Positions 39,556 through 53,344 of a stretch of DNA of 64,000 nt are shown here, piece by piece. The stretch's first letter is position 1; every line of letters begins with the position of its first letter. The stretch covers positions 1,240,001-1,304,000 of the forward strand of contig OX597841.1 in the NCBI GenBank assembly GCA_951406725.2. The letters are read 5' to 3'. The DNA comes from Octopus vulgaris. Lineage: Eukaryota. A program made the position numbers and the translations under genes. Below the pieces are notes generated by a model, which ran no database searches, was not told where the DNA came from, and saw only the letters and a list, made by a program, of their open reading frames with translations.

Positions 39556-39780
39556 GGCAGAAATGTTAGTACGCCGGGCGAAATGCTTAGCGGTATTTCC
39601 TCTGCCGTTACGTTCTGAGTTCAAATTCCACCGAGGTCGACTTTGCCTTTCATCCTTTTGGGGTCGATAAATTAAGTACCAGTTATGCACTGGGGTCGAT
39701 GTAATCGACTTAATACCTATGTCTGTCCTTGTTTGTCTCCTCTATGTTTAGCCCCTTGTGGGTAATAAAGAAATAGGTAT
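39556..39780 (+). mobile_element. SINE family B long form
   Basis: Ends TAAAGAAATAGGTAT. Confidence 0.85.
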
Positions 39781-39803
39781 GTGTGTGTGTGTGTGTGTGT
39801 GCG

Positions 39804-40065
39804 TTTACCCAACAACTCCTAACAGCTCTATCTGCAATGATTTCATCTCAATCGAAGGAGAGGGGCTTTCTCCGTCTGGGTTGCGGATCCATGGAATAAT
39901 CTCCCGGACGAGATAGTGAAGATGCCGACGACCGCCCGGTTCAAAGATTCCCTTGACCACAAGTGGCCTGAACTCTTTACATGAACACCACCCTGTACAT
40001 AACTCCATGACCCCTACATGGCCTTGCTTTTTGCTTTTTGAGCCAAAAATTTAACTAACTAACTA
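39804..40065 (+). mobile_element. CR1-type LINE 3' end with a (TAAC)n tail
   Basis: Translates RRRGAFSVWVADPWNNLPDEIVKMPTTARFKDSLDHKWPELFT*, the CR1-type ORF2 end motif FS.RV...WN.LP..V......FK..LD. Confidence 0.8.
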
Positions 40066-40450
40066 AGTATTCATGGTAGAATTGAACAAAACACTTTACA
40101 ATTTTAGAATCTCAGTTCAATCCCTACTGAGATCACCTTCACATTTTTCCATCCTCAGAGCTGTGATGGAAACAAGGCCTTCCCCCACAAACTATTGCCT
40201 CTCCATGTGTTTGATGATGTGTGTTTCACAAAATTTTCGGCTTTCTGCTTCTCATGTCAGTAATCAATGGTTGTGAGTAATGAAGAGCGTCCGAGGCCTC
40301 TACTTAAGATGTTCGACTTTTTACTAATCACCTTCTTTTGTATGAAGTTACAGTAAATATTATGAGTAAATACGTGCATGCATGCATATTCATATATCTG
40401 TGTGTGTGTGTGTATGTGTGTATATATCTATACATACATACATTCATGCT

Positions 40451-40508
<58 letters not shown>

Positions 40509-40649
40509 CATATTTATATATATATATATAGACACATATATGAATATTATATATTGTATAATATGTAATATTTATATATATGTATATTACACATGCATAT
40601 ATATATATATGTATATATATATGCATATATATATATGTATATATATATT

Positions 40650-40697
<48 letters not shown>

Positions 40698-40773
40698 GTA
40701 CACGTATGTATAATGCACAATATATAAATATTTAGTTGACCAGACTTTATACTAGGTATATATGTAAATGTAC

Positions 40774-40812
<39 letters not shown>

Positions 40813-40844
40813 ATATACATATATATACATATATATATGTATAT

Positions 40845-40928
<84 letters not shown>

Positions 40929-41040
40929 ACATGTATATGTATATATATATATATATATGTATGTATACATGTATATATATATGTATGTATACATGTTATA
41001 TATATATATATATATATATATTGTATGTATGTATACATGT

Positions 41041-41110
<70 letters not shown>

Positions 41111-41119
41111 GTGTGTGTG

Positions 41120-41151
<32 letters not shown>

Positions 41152-41802
41152 TGGAAAATTTTACAATATACACCAGGAGAATTTTGCAAATTTTCTACAC
41201 TCTATTTTATATAAATTTTCTAATATATATATTTATATTTTTTTTTTTTTTGAACTTCAAACTGCACTCATTTTACACTTCTACTTCTTGTTCTTCTTGT
41301 TCTTGTTCTTCTTGTTCTTCTTGTTCTTAATATTTTCTTTTTTTTTATCCATTTCTTCATATTGCTTCTTTTTTCCTCACACATTGCCGCCATTCCTTCA
41401 GACACCAATCTCAAAGCACTTCAATTTATCTCTTGCTCTCTCTCTCTCTCTCTTTCTCTCTCTTTGTCTGTCTTACTCTCTCTCTCTTTCTCTCTCTCTC
41501 TCTCGTTCGCTCTCTCTTTCTCTTTCGAGCTCATTTTTTATTCCTTCTTCTTCTTATTCTCGGTGTTGTTATTGTTGCTGACCACTTACCGAATTTCTTT
41601 CGATATCGTGCTTTGTATGTAACGTATGTGTATATACACATGTGTATTACATTCCTGTATGTATGTATATATTGTGTATAGGTACATCATATAAATATAT
41701 ACATACACACACACGCGCACACACATATATATATGCACACACATACATATATATATATACATATATATACATACATATACATATATATATACACACATTA
41801 TG

Positions 41803-41840
<38 letters not shown>

Positions 41841-41938
41841 TATATAGTCAATATGTATATTATCATTTTCATCATTGTCATTTAATGAGTATATATATTT
41901 GTTAAATGATGTTAAATGATATAATAGATATTGGTGTA

Positions 41939-41983
<45 letters not shown>

Positions 41984-42131
41984 ATGTGTATATATATATG
42001 AGTATATATATGTATGTATATATTATATATATGTATATGTATACATATATATGTATGTATATATATATGTACATATATATATATATATGTATGTATATGT
42101 ATATGTATATATGCATGTATATATATATGTT

Positions 42132-42162
<31 letters not shown>

Positions 42163-42967
42163 AACACACACACACATGCTCAAACATATATACACATTTA
42201 TATACACACACATACATACATGAAACCTCTGCTATATTTTTCTTTTGGCTGAAATCTTTTATCTTCACACAACTCAGATCCATTCTGTTTTTTATGGTTC
42301 TTTTCTTAATTCTTTCAAACGAACCATTCTTCATATATATATATATACATATCTATATATGCATATCTCTTATAAATATCTCTTTATCTATTCCTTCTTA
42401 ATGCATATAAGCATTTTTTTTTCTTTCTAAAAAATCATTCTTATGTTTTGTTTCCCTAATTGTCATTGTTGTTTATTGTTGTAATTAAATATTATGATTC
42501 TTATTGTTTATTGTTATTGTTTTTCTATACATTATAATCATAGGCACTCTCGTTTGCTTTTTGGTAAGTGTTTGAAAATGTAAGTCCGTAGCATGACTTG
42601 AACACCTGGCTTTTGGTTCCCGTATTATTTATTATTGGATAGGAATCCCTATGAGTCAAATGTTTTTTTTGGAATCATTATGAGTCAAATGTTTTATTGG
42701 AAGCAATATGTATCGATATTATATCTTCATATTTTTCTAATCTCTAATGCTTTTCCATGATTCCCTACTCTTATCAGAAAGTATCGTTACTGTTAAATTT
42801 ATCATTCGTTAGTCCGCTGGGTGAAATCCTTTTTGGCATTTCATCCAGTATTACATTCCAGGTTCAAATTCCACTGAGAGCTGACTTTGCTTTCGATCCA
42901 TTTCAGGGTCAATCAAATAAGTACCAATAAGGCCTTGTACCTATAGTAGAAATGATGTATATTATTA

Positions 42968-43059
<92 letters not shown>

Positions 43060-43502
43060 GAGTGAGAGAGCAGTTCATGCCATCAAAGTGACACTGGGGT
43101 AAAATATACGAAGCCCAATATACCCCTCATGACTACCCGTCTGATAAGGGTATACCAGGCACATGCATCACAACCATATGTGTGCGACATGGTGATCTCA
43201 TATCAAGATAAACAGCACATGACCTTGCAGGTGGGGCCCACTTAGAATTTTCTTCAGGTCGAGTAGCCCATCCTGCTCAAAAGGTCCCTGAATAAGGGTT
43301 GCTTTAGGATGTTGAACGAAACACCTATGTTTCCAGAGGTGAATCATTCAAACTCCAAAGAATCCCTCTCAACACATGGCCATGATGCTCCCCCACTACT
43401 TCTGCTTGTGATCAGAGATGCACGTATTGTCAGCCACTAAGGGACATGCTCAACTGGTTACGGTCAAACAACTGACAAGTAAATCTGTTCGTATTGAGCA
43501 GA

Positions 43503-43559
<57 letters not shown>

Positions 43560-44004
43560 GAGTGAGAGAGCAGTGCATGCCATCAAAGTGACACTGGGGT
43601 AAAATATACGAAGCCCAATATACCCATCATGACTACCCGTCTGATAAGGGTATACCAGGCACATGCATCATAACCATATGTGCGCGACATGGTGATCTCA
43701 TATCAAGATAAACAGCACATGACCTTGCAGGTGGGGCCCAGTTAGAATTTTCTTTTGGTAGAGTAATCCATCCTGCTCAAACGGTCCCTGAATAAGGGTT
43801 GCTTTAGGATGTTGAACAAAACAGCCATGTTTCCAGAGGTGAAATATCCAAACCTCCAAGAATTCCTTTCAACACATGGCTATGATGCTCCCCCACTGCT
43901 TCTGCTCGTGATCAGAGATGCACGTATTGTCAGCCACTAAGGGACATGCTCAACTGGTTAAGGTCAAACAACTGACAAGCAAATCTGTTCGTATTGAGCA
44001 GAAT
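43060..44004. mobile_element. Element F, two tandem truncated copies (500-bp period) in (TTA)n
   Basis: GAGTGAGAGAGCAG starts at 43060 and 43560; both copies end at GTATTGAGCAGAAT. Confidence 0.9.
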
Positions 44005-44033
44005 TATTATTATTATTATTATCATCATCATAT

Positions 44034-44313
44034 GAAGATGGTGAGCTAGCAGAATCGTTAGCATATTGGATGAAATGCTTAGCGGTATTTTGCCCATCTT
44101 CATGTTCTGAGTTCAAATTCTGGTGAGGTCAACTTTGTCTTTCATCCTTCCAGGGTCGATAAACTAAGTACCAGTTACATACTGGGGTTGATCTAATCGC
44201 CTGGCCTGCTCTCCAAAAATTTTAGGCGTTGTGCCTAGAGTAGAAAAGATTATTATTATTATTATTATTATTATTCATCTATTATTATTATTATTATAAT
44301 TATTATTATTATA

Positions 44314-44354
<41 letters not shown>

Positions 44355-44355
44355 G

Positions 44356-44434
<79 letters not shown>

Positions 44435-44655
44435 GAAGGCAGTGAGCTGGCAGAATCGTTAGCATGTTGGACGAAATGCTTATTGGTATTTCGCCGTCTT
44501 TATGTTCTGAGTTCAAATTGCACCGAGGTTGATTTTGCTTTTTATCCTTTTGGGGTCAATAACATAAGTACTAGTGAAACACTGGGATCGATGTGATCGA
44601 TTTAACCCCACCCCCCCAAAAAAATTTCGAGCCTTCTGCCTATAGGTGAAAGGAT
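44034..44655 (+). mobile_element. Two family B SINEs separated by (TTA)n
   Basis: Heads at about 44034 and 44434. Confidence 0.85.
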
Positions 44656-44859
44656 TTATAATTACCTGTGACTTACTCTGAATTTGTAGTTGCAGTCTGA
44701 CTAACGACAAGAACTAAAAGAAATTTCCTTTCCTTTGGTGGGTTTGTGTAATCCTCGGTGTTGTTCCATCATTAGCATCAACACTTGGACTCACCCCTCT
44801 CTCAAATCCTGGGATCCATAGGGTTAGTTACCTGGTTTCCTTGATGTATAAGTAAACCA

Positions 44860-45240
44860 AGGCGCAATGGCCCAGTGGTTAGGGCAGTGGACTCGCGGTC
44901 ATAGGATCGCAGTTTCGATTCCCAGATCGGGCATTGTGAGTGTTTATTGAGCGAAAACACCTAAAGCTCCACGAGGCTCCGGGAGGGGATGGTGGTGATC
45001 CCTGCTGTACTCTTTCACCACAACTTTCTCTCACTCTTACTTCCTGTTTCTGTTGTACCTGTATTTCAAGGGGCCGGCCTTGTCACTCTCTGTGTCACGC
45101 TGAATATCCCCGAGAACTACGTTAAGGGTACACGTGTCTGTGGAGTGCTCAGCCACTTACACGTTAATTTCACGAGCAGGCTGTTCCGTTGATTCGGATC
45201 AACCGGAACCCTCGTCGTCATAACCGACGGAGTGCTTTCA
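44860..45240 (+). mobile_element. SINE family E head with tail type 1, full length
   Basis: Near-identical to 56257-56650. Confidence 0.9.
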
Positions 45241-45739
45241 CATAAGTAAACCAAGATCACAACATCCCCCCCAGAATCAGTTGCTAGGTTACTCAGTAAC
45301 AGCTGAGTGGACTGGGGCAATTTAAGAAAACACTCAAGAACATAAGACACCACCCCATTCAGGAGACGAAACCATGGTCTTATTGTGAAAACAATGCTCT
45401 TATCACAAGGTCTTGTGCCTTCACAGTGTTACATAGAATGCCCCCAAATGGTCTATCGGGTAGCCTTCACCTAGTTCAGGGTACTTTTCTCTTTGTTATT
45501 TTATGCTTTGTTCTCACATCTATTTATTGTTATTTTATTTTTGTATAAGTGTTTTTCATTGTTATTGTTGATATCTCCTCTTTACTTGATATAGATTCCA
45601 TAATGTGTTTGTAATATGTTGCTGTAATTGTCAACATCATCTAAGGTTTTTTTGTTGCCAACAAAAGAAAATTATCATTATTATTATTATTATTATTATT
45701 ATCATCATCATCATCATCATCATCATTATTATTATTATT

Positions 45740-46292
45740 GAGTGAGTGAGCAGTGCATGCCATCAAAGTGACACTGGGGTAAAATATACGAAGTCCAGTA
45801 TACCCTTCATGACTACCCATCTGATAAGGGTACACTAGGCACATGCATCACAACCATATGTGCACGACATGGTGATCTCATACCAAGACAAACAGCACAT
45901 GACCTTGCAGGTGGGGCCCAGTTAGAATTTTCTTCAGGTCGAGTAGCCCATCCCACTCAAAAGGTCCCTGAATAAGGGTCATTTAAGGATGTTGAACGAA
46001 ACACCCATGTTTCCAGAGGTGAATTAGTCAAGCCCCAAAGAATCCCTCTCAACAAATGGCTATGATGCTTCCCCACTACTTCTGCTCGTGATCAGAGATG
46101 CACATACCGTCAGCCACTAAGGGACATGCTCAACTGGTTAAGGTCAAACAAGTGACAAGTAAATCTGAGGTATTGAGCAGAATATTTGCTGTAGCCCATC
46201 TTTTATACCAAGACAAAACAATGTACATGATAACACTTCCAATCAGTTAAGATCAGAAGCCACGAGAGCCACTGCCTGGTACTACATCATGG

Positions 46293-46294
<2 letters not shown>
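45740..46294. mobile_element. Element F, apparently full length (~555 bp), flanked by (TTA)n
   Basis: GAGTGAGTGAGCAGTGCATGCC...GGTACTACATCATGGCA. No TIR or tRNA head was recognised. Confidence 0.85.
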
Positions 46295-46343
<49 letters not shown>

Positions 46344-47202
46344 GGGGGCAAGCTGGTAAAATCATTAGCAAGTACTGGGACAGATTTGTTAGACTAAAGC
46401 TATCAAGATATTTGCTCCAGCATAGCCATTCTCCACATATGTCAAGTCAAAATTGAAAGATAATTACAATGTGACAAGGTTCCACTTTTGAATTACAATC
46501 CATCGAAAAGGCTTCTGCACAGTTTCCACCCCTTACATAGTTTCAGTCACAAAGGCTTGAGTTATGCAGAGGCTGGATTAAAAAATACTTACCAAAAATG
46601 CCATGCACAGGAATTGAACTTGAGACACTATGACTGCGAACCATTCAATCTTTTCTATTCTAGGCACAAGGCTTGAAATTTTGGGGGAGGGGGCCAGTTG
46701 ATTAGATTGAACCCCGGTATGCAACTGATACTTAATTTATATATATTAGATCGACCCCATTATGCAACTGGTACTTAATTTATATATATTAGATCAACCC
46801 CATTATGCAACTGGTACTTAATTTATCAATCCTGGCAAAGTCGACCTTGGTGTAATGTGAACTTCAGTCATGCTGTATCCACTCAAAAACACACACACAC
46901 ACACACATACACACACATACACACATACACATACACATACACACATACAAACATACACGCACACACACACACATATACACATACACAAATGTACAGGCTG
47001 TCCTCAAAGCTATCAAAGGATTTGTAATTCCGATGACCTTTTAATTATATTCACCTTAAATAATTAACAAGCATATGTTATTTGATTTTTAGTTCCTCAG
47101 TTTCCTTCGGGACCCCATGACTGTGCTTATGTATGTAGGATGTATGTATGAATGTATGTGTGTGTAAGTGTGTGTGAATGTGTGTGTGTGTGGATGTGTA
47201 TA

Positions 47203-47249
<47 letters not shown>

Positions 47250-47391
47250 CTGTATTTGTTTCTGGTTATATATCTATGTAGGTGTATATATACATGCATA
47301 AATATATAGCTGTATATCTTTCTGCTTATATTCTTATATAGGTATTCCTGTATGCACACACACACACACATTATTATATATTTTAAAAAAT

Positions 47392-47780
47392 TCTTTTTTA
47401 CTTGTTTCAGTCATTTGACTGCAGCCATGCTGGAGCACCGCATCTTTTAGTCGAGCAAATCGACCCCTGGACTTATTCTTTGTAAGCCCAGTACTTATTC
47501 TATCGGTGTCTTATGCTGAACCGCTAAGTGACGGAGACATAAACACACCAGCATCGATTGTCAAGCAATGCTAGGGGGACAAACACAGACACACAAACAT
47601 ATACACACACATACATATATATATATATATACATATATACGACGGGCTTCTTTCAGTTTCCATCTACCAAATCCACTCACAAGGCATTGGTCGGCCCGAG
47701 GCTATAGTAGAAGACACTTGCCCAAGGTGCCACGCAGTGGGACTGAACCTGGAACCATGTGGTTGGTAAGCAACCACATG
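47392..47780 (-). mobile_element. SINE family A
   Basis: Reverse complement of the consensus. Confidence 0.9.
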
Positions 47781-47904
47781 GTTTGTGTATATTTCTCTTG
47801 ATATATGTGTGTGTATGCATGTACCTGCATCTGCTCATGTGGAGGCATATGTGCGTATTTGCTTGTGGTATGATTTCTCACCTATACCAGAAGTAAGCAA
47901 CTGC

Positions 47905-48050
47905 ACTCAACATTTCTTGTCCTGGAGGCAGTCTATGACAGTGTCCCAAGCTCAGGGAATTTCTAAGGGAACTTGGTATGGCCCAAAGGCTGCTTGTGAG
48001 GACCATGCATGCCTCATATGGAAGTGCAGTAAAAGCTATGTACAGAGGTG
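47905..48050 (+). mobile_element. RTE-clade reverse transcriptase remnant
   Basis: FLVLEAVYDSVP (compare FxDLEKAYDSVP), followed after a frameshift by an LRELG..LVRTM-like segment. Confidence 0.55.
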
Positions 48051-48760
48051 CAGTACCTGCAAAGTAAAAACAACATGATACACGGTCTTGTGCTTACTGC
48101 AGTGTAGTAGCTTGCATGGCTCAGTGACACCAAGAGCTATGCCAGTGGAGCACAAGCTCCTGCTAGGGTCACCCATACAGGACAGGCTAAAGGATAGAGG
48201 CCGGACTATTTTGGACCACATTTTCTCAGAGATAAAAATGGGTTTGCGTAGGACCAATAGCCCTTCTTAGAAATAAGCATAGTTACAGAAGAGTCAATCA
48301 TAATCCAAAAGCAATAAGCCCCAAGACAGAGCCCTTCCCACTGGGAAACGTATATTAAAGAGGCAGAGCTGACAAAAACAAAGGGCCAACAGGATGGAAG
48401 CAGAAAAGACAGCATTGAACCAAGAACAGTGGAGGAGGGTCGTTGTTGACCTTATGCTCCATATCAAGGGAAGGGCTTCAGTAGAGTGCCTTCACAAGAA
48501 TGAACGTTGCCTTTAGTCCATCTCACTGTACCTTCCTTCTGTATTTTTTCTGACAAATGTATCATTGTTGGTCACTGAATGATCTCCAGGTAGAGCTGTA
48601 AAAAGCAGGGATCTAATTGGAGTGAAGCATAAAAGACAGCCAAGAGTTGAGAACTCTGAAGAGGGGCTGTCGATGGCCTTATGCTTCACAGGGAGTAAAG
48701 GGTTTAAGTTAGTATTAAGTATATTGAGAGGAGGGCAATGCATCGACAATATCCGTTATG

Positions 48761-48762
<2 letters not shown>

Positions 48763-48796
<34 letters not shown>

Positions 48797-49054
48797 CATT
48801 GTGTACAGTGCTCAGGTGCACTACAGCTCATCTAAAGTGTATGTATAATCAGGTGTAGTTTCGGCGGATTTCGGGAAGCATGAGGGCCTTAAAGGATGTA
48901 GTGTCATGGCAGTCAACAACTGACGCAGGCAGTTTATTCCATGCTTCAGCAACTCTGAGCGTGAAGAAATGTTTCCGAAAGTCATGAGAGCTGTGTTGTT
49001 TTCTGACTTTGTAGGCATGTCCATGTGTGTTAGACACATGGAGATCAAAAAGGT
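48763..49054 (-). mobile_element. CR1/Jockey-type LINE 3' end with a (TTA)n tail
   Basis: ORF 48849-49037: THGHAYKVRKQHSSHDFRKHFFTLRVAEAWNKLPASVVDC..TTSFK. Confidence 0.85.
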
Positions 49055-49348
49055 GTAGATGACACTGTCTTTATAATATCATCAGATAAAGATCAACAAG
49101 GTTTAATTAGGATTATAAATAATGATGGAGACAGGCAGAAAACATAGCCTAGGGTCGAGAACAGTGGAGGAAGGCCATTGATGGCCTATGTCCCATAGGG
49201 TGTGAAGAGTTTTAAATTACTATTAAGTAAATTGAGAAGAGAACAAAACCTCAGCAGTGTCCATTATATAGGTGACACTGTTCTCATAGTACTGCCAGAC
49301 AAAGGTCAACAAGATTTAATTACTATTATGATTAATATTATAAATACT

Positions 49349-50322
49349 AACGGCGGTGAGCTGGCAGAAACGTTAGCACGCCGGGCGAAATGCTTAGCAG
49401 TATTTCATCTGTATTTACGTTGTGAGTTCAAATTCCGCCGAGGTCAACTTTGCTTTTCATCCTTTCGGGGTCGATAAATTAAGCACCAGTTACGCACTGG
49501 GGTCGATGTAATTGACTTAATCCATTTGTCTGTCCTTGTTTGTCCCCTCTATGTTTAGCCCCCTGTGGGTAGTAAAGAAATAGGTATTTCATCTGCCGTT
49601 ATGTTCTGAGTTCAAATTCCGCCGAGGTCGACTTTGCCTTTCATCCTTTCGGGGTCAATAAATTAAGCACCAGTTACGCACTGGGGTCGATGTAATTGAC
49701 TTAATCCATTTGTCTGTCCTTGTTTGTCCCCTCTATGTTTTGCCCCTTGTGAGTAATAAAGAAATAGGTATTTCGTCTGCCACTACATTCTGGGTTCAAA
49801 TTCCGCCGAGGTCGACTTTGCCTTTCATCCTTTCGGGGTCGATAAATTAAGCACCAGTTACGCCCTGGGGTTGATGTAATTGACTTAATCCATTTGTCTG
49901 TCCTTGTTTGTCCCCTCTATGTTTAGCCCCCTGTGGGTAGTAAAGAAATAGGTATTTCATCTGCCGTTATGTTCTGAGTTCAAATTCCGCCGAGGTCGGC
50001 TTTGCCTTTCATCCTTTCGGGGTCGATAAATTAAGTACCAGTTACGCACTGGGGGTCGATGTAATTGACTTAATCCATTTGTCTGTTCTTGTTTGTCCCC
50101 TCTGTGTTTAGCCCCTTGCGGACAATAAAGAAATAAGAATTGTTAGCATGCTGGGCAACATGCTTAGCGGCATTTCATCAGTCTTTACGTTCTGGGTTCA
50201 AATTCTGCTGAAGTCGGCTTTGCCTTTTACCTTTTCAGGGTTGATAGAATAAGTACATGTTGAGTACTGGGGTCAGTTTCCACCTTGGAATTCCTAGTTT
50301 TGTGTCAGAATTTGAAACCAAC
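49349..50322 (+). mobile_element. Family B SINE multimer (four ~184-bp long-form units plus a short-form end) with a 12-bp target-site duplication
   Basis: ATTATAAATACT occurs at 49337-49348 and 50323-50334; units join at AAAGAAATAGGTATTTC. Confidence 0.9.
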
Positions 50323-50747
50323 ATTATAAATACTGGAGAGATGCTGAAAAGACAGTCCAGAGTTGAGAAAAGTTATTGATGTCCCCTGTTCCATAGAGAT
50401 AGAAGGGCCTTACTCTCTGGGTCTATCAGGACTCAGCTGTCATTTTTCTGTGAGGACCAGATGTCCTGTTCAGGAGTAATCTAGTAATGTCAATGACTTA
50501 GATACCATGGTAACCAGATGAAGATCTGTCCTTATGAGTCCTTGGAGTCACAACAGACCCTAACCTAAACTGTCATCTACAGACTCCAGCCTCCTTGTTA
50601 TTCTCTTGTCTATGAATCACTTCCCCCTCTCCCTCTGTCCTATTCATTCTATTATACCATCTGTATGACCAGGGATGCCATTTGATTTATCCGCATTTAT
50701 TCTGCTTACCACCATCCTTATAACTCTTCAGTAAATGTGCATTGTTT

Positions 50748-51020
50748 GGTGGTTAGGGTATTCGGCTCATGCTCATAAGGTCATGAGTTCAAATCCTGGT
50801 GGTGTGTTATGTCCTTGAGCAAAACACTTTATTTCACTTTGATTCACTCCACTCAGCTGGTAAAAATTGAGTAGTTCCCATATTTCAAAGGGCCAGTCTT
50901 GTCACATTCTGTGTCTTGTTGAATCTTCCTGACAGCTATGTCAAGGGTTTGTATGTCTGTGGAATAATCGACCACTTGCACATTAATTTCATAAGCAAGC
51001 TGTTCCGTTGATTGGATCAT
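50748..51020 (+). mobile_element. Chimeric SINE: D-type head with E tail type 1 (diverged)
   Basis: TTGAGCAAAACACTTTATTTCAC..ACTCAGCTG, then TATTTCAAAGGGCC..TTAATTTCA..GCTGTTCCGTTGAT. Confidence 0.7.
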
Positions 51021-51022
51021 CT

Positions 51023-51266
51023 AAAAACACCAACCGGTCATGGTCGTTTGCCACCCAACTCTGACCCCTGTGCCGGTGTCACGTAAAAAAACACCCACTA
51101 CACTCACGGAGTGGTTGGCTTTAGGAAGGGCATCCAGCTGTAGAAACACTGCCAAATCAGACTGGAGCCTGGTGCAGCTTCCATGGCTTACCAGACCCCG
51201 GTCGAACCGTCCAATCCATGCTAGCATGGAAAACAGACGTTAAATGATGATGATGATGATGATGAT
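51023..51266 (+). mobile_element. SINE-like family C with a (GAT)n tail
   Basis: CACGTAAAAAAACACCCACTACACTC..AGGAAGGGCATCCAGC..(GAT)n. Confidence 0.85.
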
Positions 51267-52099
51267 GTTCACACATGAAGCTGAGATAGTCCTGTGTTCC
51301 TTATCAGCTGCAGCCAGTTTTATTTTTCTCAACGCTGCTGTCTCTTATTTATTTCTTTCCTTTCAACATTTCCCCTAAGAAGGTCACTATATGAACTGTT
51401 TGGATTTTCCCCTCTTCATTGCAACATCGCTGTACTATTATCATCATTTTTACTACATAAAATATATCTTGCCAGTACAGACCAAAACCAGCCATTTTGG
51501 AGTCTGTTTGATCGTAGATATGTGTGTGTGTATGTACTAATGAAAACATTGGTTCTCATATGATCACCAAAGTTAAGCGACGTTGTTTGTAATTAAACAG
51601 GAGATAGCTTTGGAAACCTAAGTGCTATAAGTAAAACCTTTATATTATTCAAGGTAGTGCCCCAGCATGGGCATATTTTAATGACTGAAACACTCAAAAG
51701 ATAAACAATAAAAGATGTATATATGTATGCATATATGTATGTGTGTATATGTGTATGCATGATTGTACATATACATTTGTGTGTATTTACATATATATAT
51801 TTTACACACACACACACACACACATATATGTATATACACATGTATATACACACACACACACACTATATATATATATATGTATGTGTGTATGTTTGTGTGT
51901 CTGTGTTTGTCCCGCCAACATCGCTTGACAACCGATGCTGGTGTGCTTGCGTCCCTGTAACTTAGTGGTTCGGCAAAAGAGACCGATGGAATAAGTACAA
52001 GGCTTACAAAGAATAAGTCAAGGGGTCGATTTGCTCGACTAAAGGTGGTGCTCCAGCATGGCCGCAGTCAAATGACTGAAACAAGTAAAAGAGTAAAAG

Positions 52100-52211
<112 letters not shown>

Positions 52212-52444
52212 AAAAATAAATATATAAATAAAAGGTGAACTGGCAGAAATGTTAGCACGGTGGACGAAATGCTTAGCAGTATTTCGTTTGTCTTTACGTT
52301 CTGAGTTCAAATTTCACCGAAGTCGACTTTGCCTTTATTCCTTTTGGGGTTGATAGATTAAGTACCAGTTGCATACTGGGATTGATCTAATCAACTGGCC
52401 TCCTCCCCCAAAAGATTTCAGGCCTTGTGCTTTGAGTAGAAAAG

Positions 52445-52475
<31 letters not shown>

Positions 52476-52816
52476 GCATGCATAATTGCTCATAATCTTA
52501 GGATTTATTTGATGACTGACTGATGTCTTTGATACATATGCTAATGTTGATGTACATGGTGATGACCTTGGGATGACCTTAGTGCATATCATAACGTTGT
52601 CATGGTGTTGAAGCATATGAGGCTAATTATTTCATTGGAAATAATGGTTCGGCCCTCATTAATGATGTCCTAATTGTATGTGCACATGACTGTATGTTTG
52701 TGTATACCAGTGTTTCTCAACATTTTTACCCTTGCGTGACCCTTAAAATAAATTACATGTCTAAAGGAACTCCTGCATTAAAAAAAAGTATTATATACCA
52801 TATCTTTCTCATATCA

Positions 52817-53210
52817 GGAGTGGCTGTGTGGTAAGTAGCTTGCTAACCAACCACATGGTTCCGGGTTCAGTCCCACTGCGTGGCATCTTGGGCAAGTGTC
52901 CTCTGCTATAGCCCCGGGCCGACCAATGCCTTGTGAGTGGATTTGGTAGATGGAAACTGAAAGAAGCCTGTCGTATATATGTATATATATGTGTGTGTGT
53001 GTGTGTGTTTGTGTTTGTCCCTCTAGCATTGCTTGACAACCGATGCTGGTGTGTTTACGTCCCCGTCACTTAGCGGTTCGGCAAAAGAGACCGATAGAAT
53101 AAGTACTGGGCTTACAAAGAATAAGTCCCGGGGTCGATTTGCTCGACTAAAGGCGGTGCTCCAGCATGGCCGCAGTCAAATGACTGAAACAAGTAAAAGA
53201 GAAAAAAGAG
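52817..53210 (+). mobile_element. SINE family A, full-length reference copy
   Basis: A-box TGGCTGTGTGG, B-box GGTTCAGTCC, CORE-like CTTGGGCAAGTG, internal (TA)(TG), and a GTAAAAGA tail. Further copies lie at about 51880-52100, 55461-55866, 59500-59995 (-), 60530-60860 and 60886-61308. Confidence 0.9.
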
Positions 53211-53344
53211 TATATATATATATCGAACCTACAACTGTAAACAAGAGAGACAGAGAAAGGCAGAAACAAGGAAAATGCTACTTATATTTGAACACTATAC
53301 AAATATTCTTTTAAAGAAAACTTTTCTTTTAATTATTTAATCGT

